From: Lama guanicoe
Lineage: Eukaryota
NCBI GenBank assembly: GCA_013239625.1
Contig: MU053934.1
Coordinates: 8,639,352-8,703,351, forward strand
Length of the DNA: 64,000 nt
Direction: 5' to 3'
Part shown: positions 24,251 to 36,866 of the stretch, one piece after another
How positions within the stretch are numbered: position 1 is the first letter of the stretch
Layout: each line of letters opens with the position of its first letter
Program-made: the position numbers and the translations under genes
Notes under the pieces: model-generated
The model's database searches: none
Told to the model about the DNA's origin: nothing
The model's input: only the letters and a program-made list of their open reading frames with translations

Positions 24251-27200
24251 GCTAAGCGACGATGAAGGACGTGTCCGGTGTCTGACCACGTGTACACGTG
24301 TGTGGACGGTGCATTACTTTCTGGGGCTGTTTGTGACCTCAGAGGACACTAGGAGGCCAGACAAGGATACAGCTCACAGCTGGGCCTCACTGTCCACTCC
24401 AGACAGGACTAAGAGGCTTGGCTGGACCAGGGGCCCTAGATGGGACAGCCAGAGGGACAGCTCCCCCCTGTGCAGCTACCACGAAACCCAGTGAATCCAG
24501 AACCCAGGCTGCCACGTGCTGGGTGGGATGTGAGGGGCGCTTTTGAATGCAAACATCTACACAGCACCGATGAAGCTGGAAAGAGAAGGTTCTGTAGCAG
24601 AGGAGGATGGTGGCCTTTTGGCCAGACGAGAGCCGCCTGGACCACAAGGTGGTGGGGCTCAGGGCCCGGGCTGAGCAATCCCACCGGCTCAGGTTTGAGT
24701 CCCAGCTCTGTCCTCAGTACCTGTGAGGGCCTGGGGAGGGCACATAACCCCCTGGGCCCCATCTCCCCGACTGTCTAGGCTTGCACGAGGAACAGACAGG
24801 CATGGGGAGCAGTCAGGCCTGAGCACGTGCTCGGTGAGTCACAGCTGCTGCCATGACCACTAGTCTATCTCAGCTCACCTCCCAGACAACACTGAGGGCT
24901 AAGGACTCTTGCCCGTACTTTTGAACATCTTTTGAAATAGACTCAGAGAAGTGAAGTGATCTGCCTGAGGCCACACAGCAAGATGCAGTCGACCTAGCTA
25001 GACCTGGGCCTCCTGACACCCAAGCGCGTGCCCTGGGACAGTGACGACGGAGCTGTTCTACCCGGCTGTCCAGACGGAAGCAGGGCCGTCTCCCTGGAGG
25101 ACGAGCACTGGACAGGGCACTTCAGCTGGGCTTTGAAAAAGAGGGAGCTCTTGACACATGGTGCAGGGTCCACCCTCCAGAGACAAGAGAAGGGAAAGCC
25201 AAAGCAAGGAGGTGTGAGGTGAGGTGTGAGCAAACGGGGACAGTGGTACCACAGGGCGGGCAGGATGGAGTTCCAGCCCAGCAGCCACGGTCAAGCTAAG
25301 CCCAGAGCGACCACAGGATGGACCACCGGCCAGTGATCCGGCTGCGTCAGGCCTGTGTGGGCAGAGGGTGGCGGCATGGCGCCTGGTCAGGATCCCCAGT
25401 TCTGGGCTTAGATGGACTGGTACAGAATCCTGGTCACCACTCCTTGGCTGTGTGACCTCAGAAAGGTCCCTGAACCTCTCTGGGCATCAGTTTCCTCATC
25501 TGGGTAACCTTGACCTATGCTCACGGGGAGGTTGTGACTATTAAGTGGGATGATACAGGAAATGATGGAGCGGATGTTCTGTGTGTGTCCTAAAGCAAAG
25601 TCCCAATAGGCCGGCCCCAAAGGCCAGGGATCCAGGATCCTCATGGGAAACAAAGTGAACCGAATCCTCCTTACCCAGGAGGAGGACACGATTCCGTATT
25701 TCTGCCTGGGGAGGAGCTGGGCAGGAGGGACAGGCGGAGGGCGGTCCAGATGGTGCCAAATAGACGGGGTGGAGGCCTGACCTGGGGCCTGAGAGTCAGG
25801 ACCAGCTCACCATCTCAAGTGCGTCTTTTCCTCATCACTCAACTCGTAACGGGGATGACAGCCGGGATTAAATAGTAAGTCATCTCCAGCCCCATTACGG
25901 CCCCAGCAAGATGGCTCCAAATTAAATCTAACAGTCAATGAAATCGTCAATATTTAATTTACTCATTGCAGGTGGCAATTCAGCCCTCATGACGCTGCTG
26001 TTTAATGGCAGAAATACTGGGATTTATCATCATGGGCCTCAGAATCGCTGGGCTGTCTTCACCAGGCAGCCGCTGCCCAGGCGAGCTGGGGGTGGAGCCC
26101 TGGGGGACCCTCCGCAAGCTGCTCGGGGAGCACGTGGTCCTCAGGGAGCTTGTCCCTGGAGCCACTGCTGGGCCCCTCCGAGGATAGTGGTTCCTATTTT
26201 TTAATCCACTTGGCCCTCTCTGGAAACAGGAAACTTGGGAAGAATTAAGGGGTGGTGGACCCTCCTGATCCTCTGACCTCCCTTACCTGGTCTCCCTGGA
26301 TCTGGGGAGGGAGAAAGGGCTCTCCTGAGGGCAGCATCCAGACGCCTGAATCACTTAAAAGCATCACCTCACGTACTTCTTCCGCTGGTTTGCTGTACCT
26401 GATGGCCCTGACCTCCCGCCCTCCCCCGCGTCCTTCCGGCCCTGCTCGCTCCCCGGGCTCCCTGCAACCCCGCGCCCCACCAAGGATGCATCCTGTGGAC
26501 ACACGGCCACGGCCACTGCCCGGCCCACCCCTGCCCTTCTGCTGAGGGACCACAGATTCCACTCCCCGGGCTTCAAGCTCGACCAGGAAGCCCTTTCATG
26601 GGTCAAGCGTACGACTGCGTCAAGTACTAACTCCCTTTAAAAAGTTTCCCACCTTGATTATGTGCACGAAAAACCTTATGAAGGCACAAAAGCAGGTGCC
26701 CTGGGAGTGGGACGGGAACCCAGCCTGCGTGGCAGGGCTGGTGCATGAGGCCCTGGCTCTTTCCTGCCACTCATCCTCCACGCAGCTTCCAGGGGAGTTT
26801 GTAAATTAATTTTTGTTTGTATTTAATTAATGCAAGTACAGAATCAATAGTCAACTCTCCCTCTCTCACAACTTGCTTTCTTCTGCCCCGAGTTTTCCCT
26901 GGCTTGGCTTTCTATGGTCCTCTTGCCACGTTTTCCTAGGTTTCCTGACGGAATTAGAAACCCCTTTTCTGTATAAATCACTGGGTGCCAGTTTCTTTGT
27001 TTTCTAGAAGGTTCCATCTGCTGGTCCAGCCTAACCGGGTTTCTCTCAAGGTGACTGGTCTCCTCCTGCGCTTAGATGCCCTGCTCTTCTGGGTTTGATT
27101 CTCTTATTTCGGCAAAGCACCTCACCCAGAGGGCTGCATGTGAACACACATCTCCGAGGCCCTGCGTGTCTTCAAGCAGAGCCCTAGGTTGGACAGTATT

Positions 27201-27767
27201 ACCTCGTGGCGTTTTGAGCGCGTGGTTCTGCCGGCGTCCGGCTTCTGGGCCCGCGGCTGGGACAGCTCCCGCCTTCCTGGTTCCTTTGCAAGTGACTGTG
27301 CTATCCTGCTCCCCAAGTTTGAATCCAAAAGTCAAACCACGTGCTCTAGACTTCACAGTGATGCTCTGCAGGGTGGACCTTTAGGAATCTTCCATCTGGA
27401 AACTTGTGTCCCCTGATTACAGAGAGCGTTCTTATTTCTTTGGTCTTGTTCTGTCCCTTTCCTCGTTTTACCTGGAACTCTTCCCACCAGACAGACCCTC
27501 CAATCTTCTCCACGTCTCTATCCATTCCCATCCATTTATCATTTTATTCTACTTTTTGAGAGCTCCCCCAGCTCTCCTGCTGACTGCTGAATCCCACTGT
27601 CACGCACTTTATTTCCAATGGTCCCTGCAGGTCTGTGGCTATTCCTCTTTCCAGCACCTGGCCCGACCTCACGGGTGCCGCAGATTGCCTGATTTCTCGT
27701 GTAACCGAGCAGGACCCTGTGAGGTCTTCCTAGGAGAGCCCCCCAGTCCTCTGCTGTGGCTCCTCTC

Positions 27768-28170
27768 TGAAACACCTGAAGTAGCCACATAACACAGTCT
27801 CGTGCTTACTTCCTGAGTTTTTCAGGTACTGAAAACCACCACCAAAGGGAAGAAATTAATACTTGTTGATCCAGGGCACGTGGCCCCCAGACCTGCTGGC
27901 ACCCAGAGGTTGGTAGTGTTGACCGCCCTGTTACCTCCACATCAGCCAATCAGAGAACCGTGCACGAGTTAATCACGCCCCCTGCAACACCCCTCACCCC
28001 TCACCTGCCCTAAAATACACTTTGCTGAAACCCTTTGGAGAGTTCGGGGTTTTCTCGGGCAGGAGCCACCCCTTGCTCGGCCCAGAAGTAAACATTTCTC
28101 TGCTCCAAACTCTGATGTTTGTTTGTTTGGCCTCGTGGTGCACTGGCACATGAACCAGCCTTCAGCAACA
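27768..28170 (+). mobile_element. Solo ERV1-type LTR
   Basis: TG...CA ends (5' end approximate), CCAATCAG box, TATA-like cctaaaata, poly(A)-signal variant agtaaa, terminal gcaaca. Confidence 0.65.
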
Positions 28171-29550
28171 CTCGGAGGACTCTGAAGGCTTCGGGAAGGT
28201 TTTCCGGCTTCCTGCATGGCCTCCTCCTCCTCTTCAACCCTGTTTTCTGTCTGTCTTGGTCTCTTCCTTGTTAGAAGCTCCCTGAAGGTATGGTGATCAC
28301 TGACTGTCCGCTCCCCTTTCAGGACAGAGCGCTGGAAGGCCTTCCGGAGGGCCTGTCTGGGTAATCACAGCCTGCTACAAAATGATGGCCCTTTGGCCTG
28401 ATCCGTCTTCTTTCTCACACGCCTACTTGATGCTTGGGGCTTCAGCTTCGGAACCTCCCACAATTTCTGGGCCCCTTGGTGCCTCCACGCCTTCGCTCCA
28501 GCTGTGCCCCCTGCTAACTGTGGTCCAGATGAAGGAGGCACCTAAGCCCCCTGGAAGCGCCCTCTCAGTCAGCAGGCATCTGTAACGCCTGCTGCAGCTG
28601 CTCTGACCCAGAGGAAGCCGGGGCGTGGGGCGGGCAGGCAGGTGTCAGGGACACGCAGGAGAGGGCCCAGGCCTCTGCAGGACAGTGGGCTGGTGCAGCG
28701 ATGAGCCCAAGGGAAGGGAAGCCTTTACGACTAGCGGAGGACTGAAAAACAAGCCGACGATGGGCGGGTGAACAGCAGAGAAGACACTCCAGGAGAGGTG
28801 GGAAGGGGGTCAGCGTGTTCGGGGAGATGCAGGGATGGGGTGTGAACGGAGCGAAGGCGAGGGCGGGGGTGAGTCAGGCCAGCGCCCCAGAGTCACGGGA
28901 GCCCTGGGTCTGAGTGGGGCACAGGCACGGCCCCTCTGCACTTCAGATGGCGCCCTCTCCGGGCGCGCAGGCACAGGCTTCCCCACACACACTGCCTTCT
29001 CCCTGAGACCCGCTTCCAAGGGCGCTTACTCATCGTGGCGCATCCAGCATCCAGCACAAGGCCTGGCACGTTGCGAACGCTACGTAAACATCCGCCTGGA
29101 ACAAACAACCGCTCGAGAGCTCCTTGGAGGCCGAGTCCTCCACGAGCCAAGGGTCCCACCTCCTGAATGTATTCCTGCCGATCATCTCCAGGTGTCCTGG
29201 CCCTGCAGACCCCACCCCTCGCTTATGTCCACGGCTACCAAAGTTCAGTGTCAAATGCTGGCTTTGAGAGGTAACATCAAGACACCGTTCCTTTCTTTTT
29301 CCTCACTGTCTCAAATATTAAGGAAATCTCCGTGTGGCCCAATGCAGTTTGGATAGCGTCGTGCCGACACAGCCGAACCTCCTGTCCCCCAGGGCCAAGA
29401 CTACCCGCTGTCCGCATCCTCCCCCACCTCTCCTCTGCCTGCTGGAAATCACTTCCGGCTCCTCCACGCTTCTGGGCACCGTAGCAGGGAGTGTGCCCTG
29501 CGCCCCCAGAGCCGCTGGCTCTTTCAAAGGTCTGGTCTCCCCACGAGCTG

Positions 29551-29955
29551 TGTGACAGTTAATCTCGTGGGTCGTCATGACTGGGCTGTGGGGGTGCAGA
29601 CATCTGGTTGGACACGATTCTGGGCGCGTCTGGGTTGGGATTTACAGGTGAATCGTACACTGAACAAAGCAGATCACCCTCCCCGACGTGGGTGGGCCTC
29701 ACCCAAGCGACTGAGGGTATGGGCAGAACCGGAGGCTGAGTCAGACGCGGGCCCTCCTGCCGACTATCTGAGCTGCACGTCAGCCTTATCCTGTCTGTGG
29801 ACTCGAATTGCCAGGGGCCCTTGCCGGATCTGGAGCCCGTCGGCGTTTGGACTGGAACTTGCACCATCAGCCCTCTGGGGGCTCCAGCTGGCTGATGTCG
29901 ATCTTGGGATCTCCCAGACCCGGAAGGGCATGAGCCGATTCCCTGTAATAAATCG
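29551..29955 (+). mobile_element. MLT2 (ERVL) LTR
   Basis: Starts tgtgacagttaat; contains aaagcagatcaccctcc...gtgggtgggcctca and catgagccgattccctgtaataaatc. Confidence 0.7.
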
Positions 29956-29957
29956 TA

Positions 29958-30140
29958 CACCCTGGAACAACACGGGCTTGAACTGATACGTGGAGTTTTT
30001 TCAATAAACAGGTACCACAGCAGTAGCTTCAAAACCAAGGCTCATTGAGTCCATGAATGCAAAACCAAGGATGCGGACGGCCAGCCGGAAGGTCACAAGC
30101 GGATTTTCCACGGCTCAGGGGGTTGGCGAGCCCCAACCCC
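29958..30140 (+). mobile_element. Tigger2a-like MITE remnant
   Basis: cctggaacaacacgggcttgaactg...ggagttttttcaataaa resembles the Tigger2a terminal sequence. Confidence 0.5.
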
Positions 30141-33117
30141 AGGAGACCCCGTCTAGTCCATTAACTGCTCACCCCGCCCTCAGCCCAACTCCAGCACCCT
30201 CGGCCCCTCCCCTGGGGGCTCAGGCCTGACCCCAACACCGCCGCCCTCCGGCGGACAGACGATGCCCCCAACTCCACAGGAGAGAACCTCACGCACTGTG
30301 CCCGGCATGTAAACGAACCGATTATGCTGATTTCAGCTACAGTGATGGATAACTACATTTTAGAGGGCGATACCTCCCAGGGCGAGATCTTTGGAGGAAA
30401 GTTCTTGCCTGCAGCGAATGTTCTGATGTGACTTTAGACAAGAAGCGGGTCTCCTCCATTTATACATTTACGTGGGGGTGGGGGGTAAAAGCTTCTTCCA
30501 TCCCCAGGTTTCGGCCTGAGTCACCCGTGGCCCAAAGGAGCCCTGCCACTGGGCCCCCCGCGACTCATCAAACACTGAGCCTGAAGCTGCCTCTCTGGAT
30601 GGTTCTCAGGGCAGAGCCTGTGGCCCAAACCTGCTTTCGCTGCTTTCTGCTGTGTGAGTCCCGGCAAGCACCTTAACCTCTGATCTTAGCTTCCTGTCCA
30701 TCCACTGAAGATGAGGCAGTTGGGGAAGGATTTGTAACAGGGCTCATTCCCGTCCTCTCTCTTCCGTGAGGCTGGTGGGTCTCCCGGCTGGGCCGCCTCA
30801 TGTGATGTGGACGCAACAGCTACTCTGAGCCTCAGCCTTGGGCTCCAGCAGCCTGAATTGCCAGCCTGGAGGTGGGCTTTGCTGGACACCCCCAGCCTCC
30901 TGTCCCCCAGCCGCATCCCCCAGATGCTGGTATTTTGGGACCCGTGGCCCCGCACGACCGCCCTGACAGAGCATCCCCCACTCGCCTCCCACTCCCACCA
31001 CTCCAGCCGCTTCCATCTGGGTCCCCCTTGACCCTCCTCAGCTCCCAAACGCCCTCATCGGAGCTCCTCACCTTCTCTAGCATAACCTGGCCATCCCCAC
31101 CCCTCCCTCCTCAGCCCCCACCCCTGGGCTCTGGGCCCTGGAGCAGCAGGGCCTCGGCCAGACTTTCGAGGCAGCCCCTCTGCCCCAACGCCCTGCTTAG
31201 CTCAGACACGGTCCCATGGGAGCCGAGGCCATGCTGCCCACTGGCTGGGAGGTCAGGCAGCAGCCAGACCAGATGCCAGGCAATGGCGGGGATGGACCCA
31301 TCCCAACAGCCTGGACACGAGCAGAACACCAAGGACCGTCCCACCCCAAGCCCCAGCCCCACACACATCACTCCCTCCCCACGGGAGGCAGAGCCCCACC
31401 CAGGAATCCAATTCCCCAAGGCCCCACTTCCACATGCCCACTCCCCACCCGTCATGGAGGGCAGGGCTGTGTCTTCAGTGGAACCAAGCAAGACAGAAAG
31501 GCACGGGGCAGGGGGAGGCGATTCTAGAAACCACTTCCCACGGCCCCTGCGGAGGCCTGACCGGGCGGTGGCTGTAGGATACCCCTGGTTTGGGCTCTGT
31601 CTGTTTTTCTCACGCTTAGACTGGGGTTATGGGTTTGGGGGGGAAGAGCAGAGAGAAGTGACCTTTCTGCCCTGTCACACCAGAGCACGGGCTGTCAGCC
31701 TGCCTGATCACTGGTCACTGACCTTGATCACCTGGTGGGGGGTTGTGCATCCGGCATCTGCGCTGTGGAGTTTGCAAACTGGTCACCCAGCTCACACTCT
31801 GAAGGGGCAGGGCTGCGCCCCACCTCCTGCAGGGCTGAGCAGGACGTCATTTACGCGGAATTCTTCCGCGTGGACTTGTCTCTGCTCCCTCGTTTATTTA
31901 ATCACTTATTGATACCGTATGGGCTAACTGACATCTACTTGACACTTTGAGTTATAATCCAGTACTGTATTTTGTTGCTCAAACTGCTCCAGCCGCAGCA
32001 GCGGGCACTCGAAGAGCTGGCTCCTGTGTCCCTCTGACATGTCCCCACCGTGAACTTGTTTCTGCCGCTACAAGATGCTCAGCTCTGGGATACCCATCAC
32101 TGGTCCCTCTGAAGGACACGGACACTTCCTGAGGCCAGAGCCACCCCTGGCTTCACAGAGCTGCTATGACAAGGGTCAGAACAGCAGTTTCCAGGGCTGA
32201 TTCTCCCACTGTCCCTACAGCTGTGGGCTCAGTGGGCAAAGGCGGGGCTGGGCCCGTGTGCTCGAGCTGCCCCGGCCGCTCTGATGCAACCCGTCCTCAG
32301 ACCGGCTCTGGGGAAGGATGCCTCGGTGGGCGTCCCAGAGCCCAGCCTGGAACTCAGGACACCTGCATCTGGGTCCCACCTCGACTTCCGGTGTTCCTCT
32401 CCCTGCACCCAGGGAGGTGTCTCTAATACACCCTGGGGCACTTCACGGCACGTCTCCTCACTCATCACCCCCACCCCATGCCCACAAAGCCTGTTCAATG
32501 CGAGGGCCTCTCAAGTCCCTGGGGAATGTCCCTCTCCACGCACTGCAGCTGGTTTTAGTATTTCATCCTCTTTTAGGGGCCAGTGAGGGCTGGTGGTGGA
32601 GGCAGTGCCCCCAAGGTACCCACAAGCACAGCAGACCCTCTGGAGTCAGGAAGTGGAAAGGAGCTTTACATTTCCACTCTGGGCACGTCCACTGTGTGTC
32701 ATGCGGACACCTGAGGGTCCCAACAGAGCTTGGCTTGACTCTAGGATGTCCAGTGCCTCCAGGCAGCCGAGATGGGGCCTGGCCTTTGTGCAGCCCGCTC
32801 CCCTCTGCTGTCCTGCCCTCTGGAGAGCACAGACCCACCCCTGCCTCTGTCTCAGGGATCTCCCCATCCTGACACTCTGTCCTCTGGGTCACCGCGTGCC
32901 ATGACTTGAGCCTGTGCTGACCCTTCCCACATGGGGGTTGGGTCTGTCTCCCCACTGGGCTGAGAGCTCCCTAAAAGGTTCTGTCTCACACCTCGCACCC
33001 TACCCGGTCAGGACACAAGACAGGTGCCCTGCAGCTGCTGACAAACAGAAAGGAACCTGGCTTGGGGGTTCGGGCGGGGCGGGGGCGAGGTGAGGAGGAG
33101 GGTCACGGGGGCTCACG

Positions 33118-33195
33118 ATGGGGCGACCCATGCTGTCGGCAGCCAATGCTCGATGCTCAATGGGGCGACCCACGCTGTCGGCAGCCAATGCTTGA
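33118..33195. repeat. 42-bp period tandem duplication
   Basis: atggggcgacccaYgctgtcggcagccaatgct at 33118 and 33160. Confidence 0.85.
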
Positions 33196-36146
33196 CTATG
33201 GGCACTGATGCCACGTTATTCCCATTCACGGGCCAGGTTCCTGATGGACGCGAGGCAGGGTCTTGGGGGAGCCCTCACAGCAGAAAACATTAATGAGGGA
33301 TAAAGGCTTGGCTTTGAAATTCAAATGCCTTTGCATTCTTCATCAATTTCTTCTGAGATGACTCTGATTCAGATTGGTTTTTCCAGACCTAATCGCTTTG
33401 ATGTTGTTAATGAAAATATGAAAGGTGATTAAGGAGAACTCTTCCTTTTTTTTTTTTTACTTTGGGAAAATGTATAATGAGTTACGGATTTGAGTATTTT
33501 GGCCTATTGTGCATTTCAACATTTTGTTAAGGGTGGGGGAACCTTGCAAAGCCAAAGAAGTCTGGAACCTAAGTCCTGGCTGAACTGACTTCCAGAGTGG
33601 ACGGAGGTGCTCTTACGGCCCACATGGTTGAACCCAAAACACCTCTGTGTGGGTCAGCTCAGGGGTGCTCTGGGCAAAGCCAGGTACAGGCCTGGCACTT
33701 ACAAGCCCTCACTCAGCCAGTCAACAGACACCGAAGGAGCACCCCCATGTGCCTGGCCCTGGCAGAGCTGACCCCTGGGGCTAATATGACCCCAGCCCCT
33801 TCCCTCCCCAAAGCAGTGAACACCAGAGCTGTGTGCAGGGAGCTCCTTACTCAGCAGGGATGGTGTCTCTGCTGCCAGACAACTGAGGCCCTACCACAGG
33901 CCTGGCACATGCCAGGTCAAAGGAGGGGAGGCAGGGGACAGAGGCAGCAGGCTGCCTGGACAGACAGACAGGCGGCTACAGAGAGTCACAGCTTACCATG
34001 AGCAGAGGCTGGCCAACTGGGTACTGGCAGGAACACTTAAACGGTAACTTCAACAAATTGCTGGAGGCTGAGTGTAGACTAGCTTGAGAGTTACAAACTC
34101 TTGGGACCAGTCTGAAGGTGGAGGGGGGCACATTTGTGGGTTTAACCTCCAGAATCCCACCAGGGTCTCACAGAGAACCTGAAGAAAACTCCTCCAGTGT
34201 TTGGCAGCGGGAGGGGAACAGTAACTATTCTGAAATACAGCCACCGTGTTCCCAGCTTTGACAAGGCACCACCAGAGGTGGATGCGGCACCGCGGGAAAG
34301 ACTATGTGGCCCCGACTCCCAGGGCTGTGCAACCAGCTGAGGAAGACCTAGCCTAGCACTGTGAAGTCAGGACGACTTCTTGGAGGAGGTGCCAAGTCAG
34401 TTCTTAAAAGATTAGCAGGAATAAGTCAGAAGAGCCAGGAAAGGACAACAAAGACAATTATCAGGAACAATACTTTGGACACTGATGAATAATCCAAGTC
34501 TACGGCTTGGCCGGGGAGGTTGTGTCTCAGGACCCCTGGGCTAAGTTTACCCCTCCTGGCCCAAAAGCACCATGACCTTTGGACTGGGGGTCACAGCAGT
34601 TTTGACGACAGACAGGAGTGAAACATAGTTCCATTCTTGGCTCTGAAGTATTGGTGTGAGATGGTGTAAACACGTATGTGTGTGTGGAGACAGGTTTCAC
34701 AAACATGCTCTGATGTGACCCAAGCCTGCATTCTCACAGACACAACCTGCACACCAGAATGTGCTTGTGCTCCACGGCACCGATCCCCACATCCTTGGGT
34801 TTACACTGAGTCTGAACGCTAGACAAATGCACTGCACCCACAGCTGGTCACTTCCAGCTCCTGTCACCACCTCAGCAGCTCTGACTACTGTGTATGTCAA
34901 ATCAGGCTGCAAATCAAGGAGAAAGAAAGATAGCTCTTCAAACAGCAGGAATCCTTCCACCCATGCTGGGCTTACAGTTCAAATCAGAGCTGCCCAGTGT
35001 GAATATGATTTAGACTTAATAAGACCAGGGTGGTATATGGAGATACAGATGCCAACCAATTTGTTTCAATTAATATTATGTTTGCCTTGTTACTGAGAGT
35101 TTAGATCATAAAACACCACTCAGTAGCCTATCACTGAACAAATAAATTTTTAAAAATGTGAATTAACAAATGGGTGTTGTTGTGACTGAAGCAAATACCC
35201 CAGGATTTAAAGCTGTGAGAATCCTCAAAGCTCTTCCTGTCAGTCTTTGCCCTCCTCCAGCACGGAGCCAGGGCCTGGCTGGCTCCCCTGGCCAGATGAT
35301 CTGCCCCACTGTCACCTCTGTCCTCCAGCCTCCTCTACCTGATCCCCAGCTGCACACATGGCTGAGGCCCTTGCTTTTGACTTCACTGAGAAAAGAGCAG
35401 AGAACTTTCCAGAAGCTGCTGCCACCACCACCTCGTGCATCAAGCCACTCTCTCTAGAGACTGAGGGTCAAGGGTCCAAGCACCTGGCTGAGATACCTCT
35501 GTGCCCTCCACTTGCCCCACCACTGGGAGGCAATGCTGACACCTGTCTGGCCTCGTTCCTCCCCTGCTACCCTGTGGGTAGTCCCGGGCAGGAAGTACAG
35601 GGGGCAGCTGGGCAGGTGCCTTGCAGAGCCGCAGTGGGGATCCTGTCCCCCTGCCCCGTGCCACCAGTCTAGGAAGTGTGTGAAGAGCCCGGTGACCCTA
35701 GTCACCACTCACGGTGTCCCCCAGATGTCACCTGACTCCCACCAGCAGGACGAATCTTCTCCCACTCTGACCTACTCACCCCAGTCCCCTTGACGACCCT
35801 GTCAACTAATTAGACACTTCAGAGACACGTTCCAGACCCACCTGTGTTGTGGAAGGGCGCCCCCTCCCCTCCGGGAGCACAGACGGTTATCTAACCAGGA
35901 TGACCATTCCCAGACCTCAGGCTGGGTACTACGGCAGCAGCTTCCCTGCTTATCTCCCCCTACAAGGAAGCCAGGAGAGAACTGAGGCTCCAGGGCCCTA
36001 AGAGATATGCCCAAGGCCACATATCTAATAAGTGCAAGAGGCAGGATTCCCACCCAGGACTTCAGGCTCCAGAGCCGACACGCCTCAGCAAAGCTGCTCT
36101 ACGCGGCGAGATGCACCTGCGGCAACGCAGGGGAAGCAGCCGCGCG

Positions 36147-36167
36147 GGCGCTGTCCGTGGTGCTGAA
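36147..36167 (-). promoter_or_regulatory. Canonical REST/NRSF RE1 element
   Basis: Plus strand GGCGCTGTCCGTGGTGCTGAA; reverse complement TTCAGCACCACGGACAGCGCC is the RE1 consensus, 21/21. Confidence 0.9.
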
Positions 36168-36223
36168 CCAGCGCGGCGCGGCCGTCCTCCCACTGGGGTC
36201 TCCAAGGCTCCTTCTCACCTTGC

Positions 36224-36237
36224 CCAGGAGGGGGCGC
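36224..36237 (+). promoter_or_regulatory. CTCF-like motif
   Basis: CCAGGAGGGGGCGC resembles the CCASYAGRKGGCRS core with one mismatch. Confidence 0.55.
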
Positions 36238-36685
36238 TAATCGGTTTTGCTTCATTTCCGGAATTCATTTTGGTTGAAAACAAAACTTTAAAAATGTGGC
36301 TTTTATACTACTTTAGAGGGGGAAAAAACCACCTTATGACTTCAGTTTCACAATATGCACAGCTGGCTTCATACACTTTCGACCATGCTGTCTTCTGAAA
36401 GTTACACAACTTTCTTCCTCTATGACTGCACCTCTAGGAGATGCCCTGTCCCTGGAGGTTTGATGGCGAAGGACAGAGCCCTTGGCCCCTGTCTGCCTGT
36501 CTAAAGCACATAACCTCACTGTGGGTTTGAGGCAGGAAGCCCTATACCACAGGTTCACTTTTAAAATGTAGGTGTGTTGTTATTAAGTCCTGAAAAGATA
36601 CTAGAAATGATACAATGTGTGACATTTAAAGAGTAACAATACCACCTGTGTACGAAGTGCCCAGCTTAAGGAAAAAGAATAAATG

Positions 36686-36851
36686 GCCCTTCTGACTGAG
36701 ATGGACCCCATTCTGTCTATGGAGTGTGTGTCTACTGAGCGCCCAACCCGCACAACTTGTGGCCCTTTTCTGGCCTTCTGAAGCAGCCTGCATTCTGTCT
36801 ATGGAGTGTGCATCTCTCTGAATAAATCTGTTTTTACTCAAAAAAAGAAAA
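36686..36851 (+). mobile_element. Polyadenylated LTR-derived retrocopy with 15-bp TSD
   Basis: GAAAAAGAATAAATG at 36671-36685 and 36852-36866. The insert ends with AATAAA (36821) and an A-rich tail from 36840. Confidence 0.75.
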
Positions 36852-36866
36852 GAAAAAGAATAAATG

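Noticed and set aside
30872..31912. 346-aa ORF on the plus strand
   Set aside because: Pro/Ser-rich, runs into a degenerate L1-like fragment (about 31590-32080), no recognisable domain.
33118..33195. CRISPR-like repeat-spacer array (also considered for 51178-51335)
   Set aside because: Only two adjacent copies, no unique spacers, no cas genes, and a mammalian context.
34560..35210. Possible ancient hAT DNA transposon fragment
   Set aside because: AT-rich and repeat-like, but I could not identify TIRs or a family with confidence.
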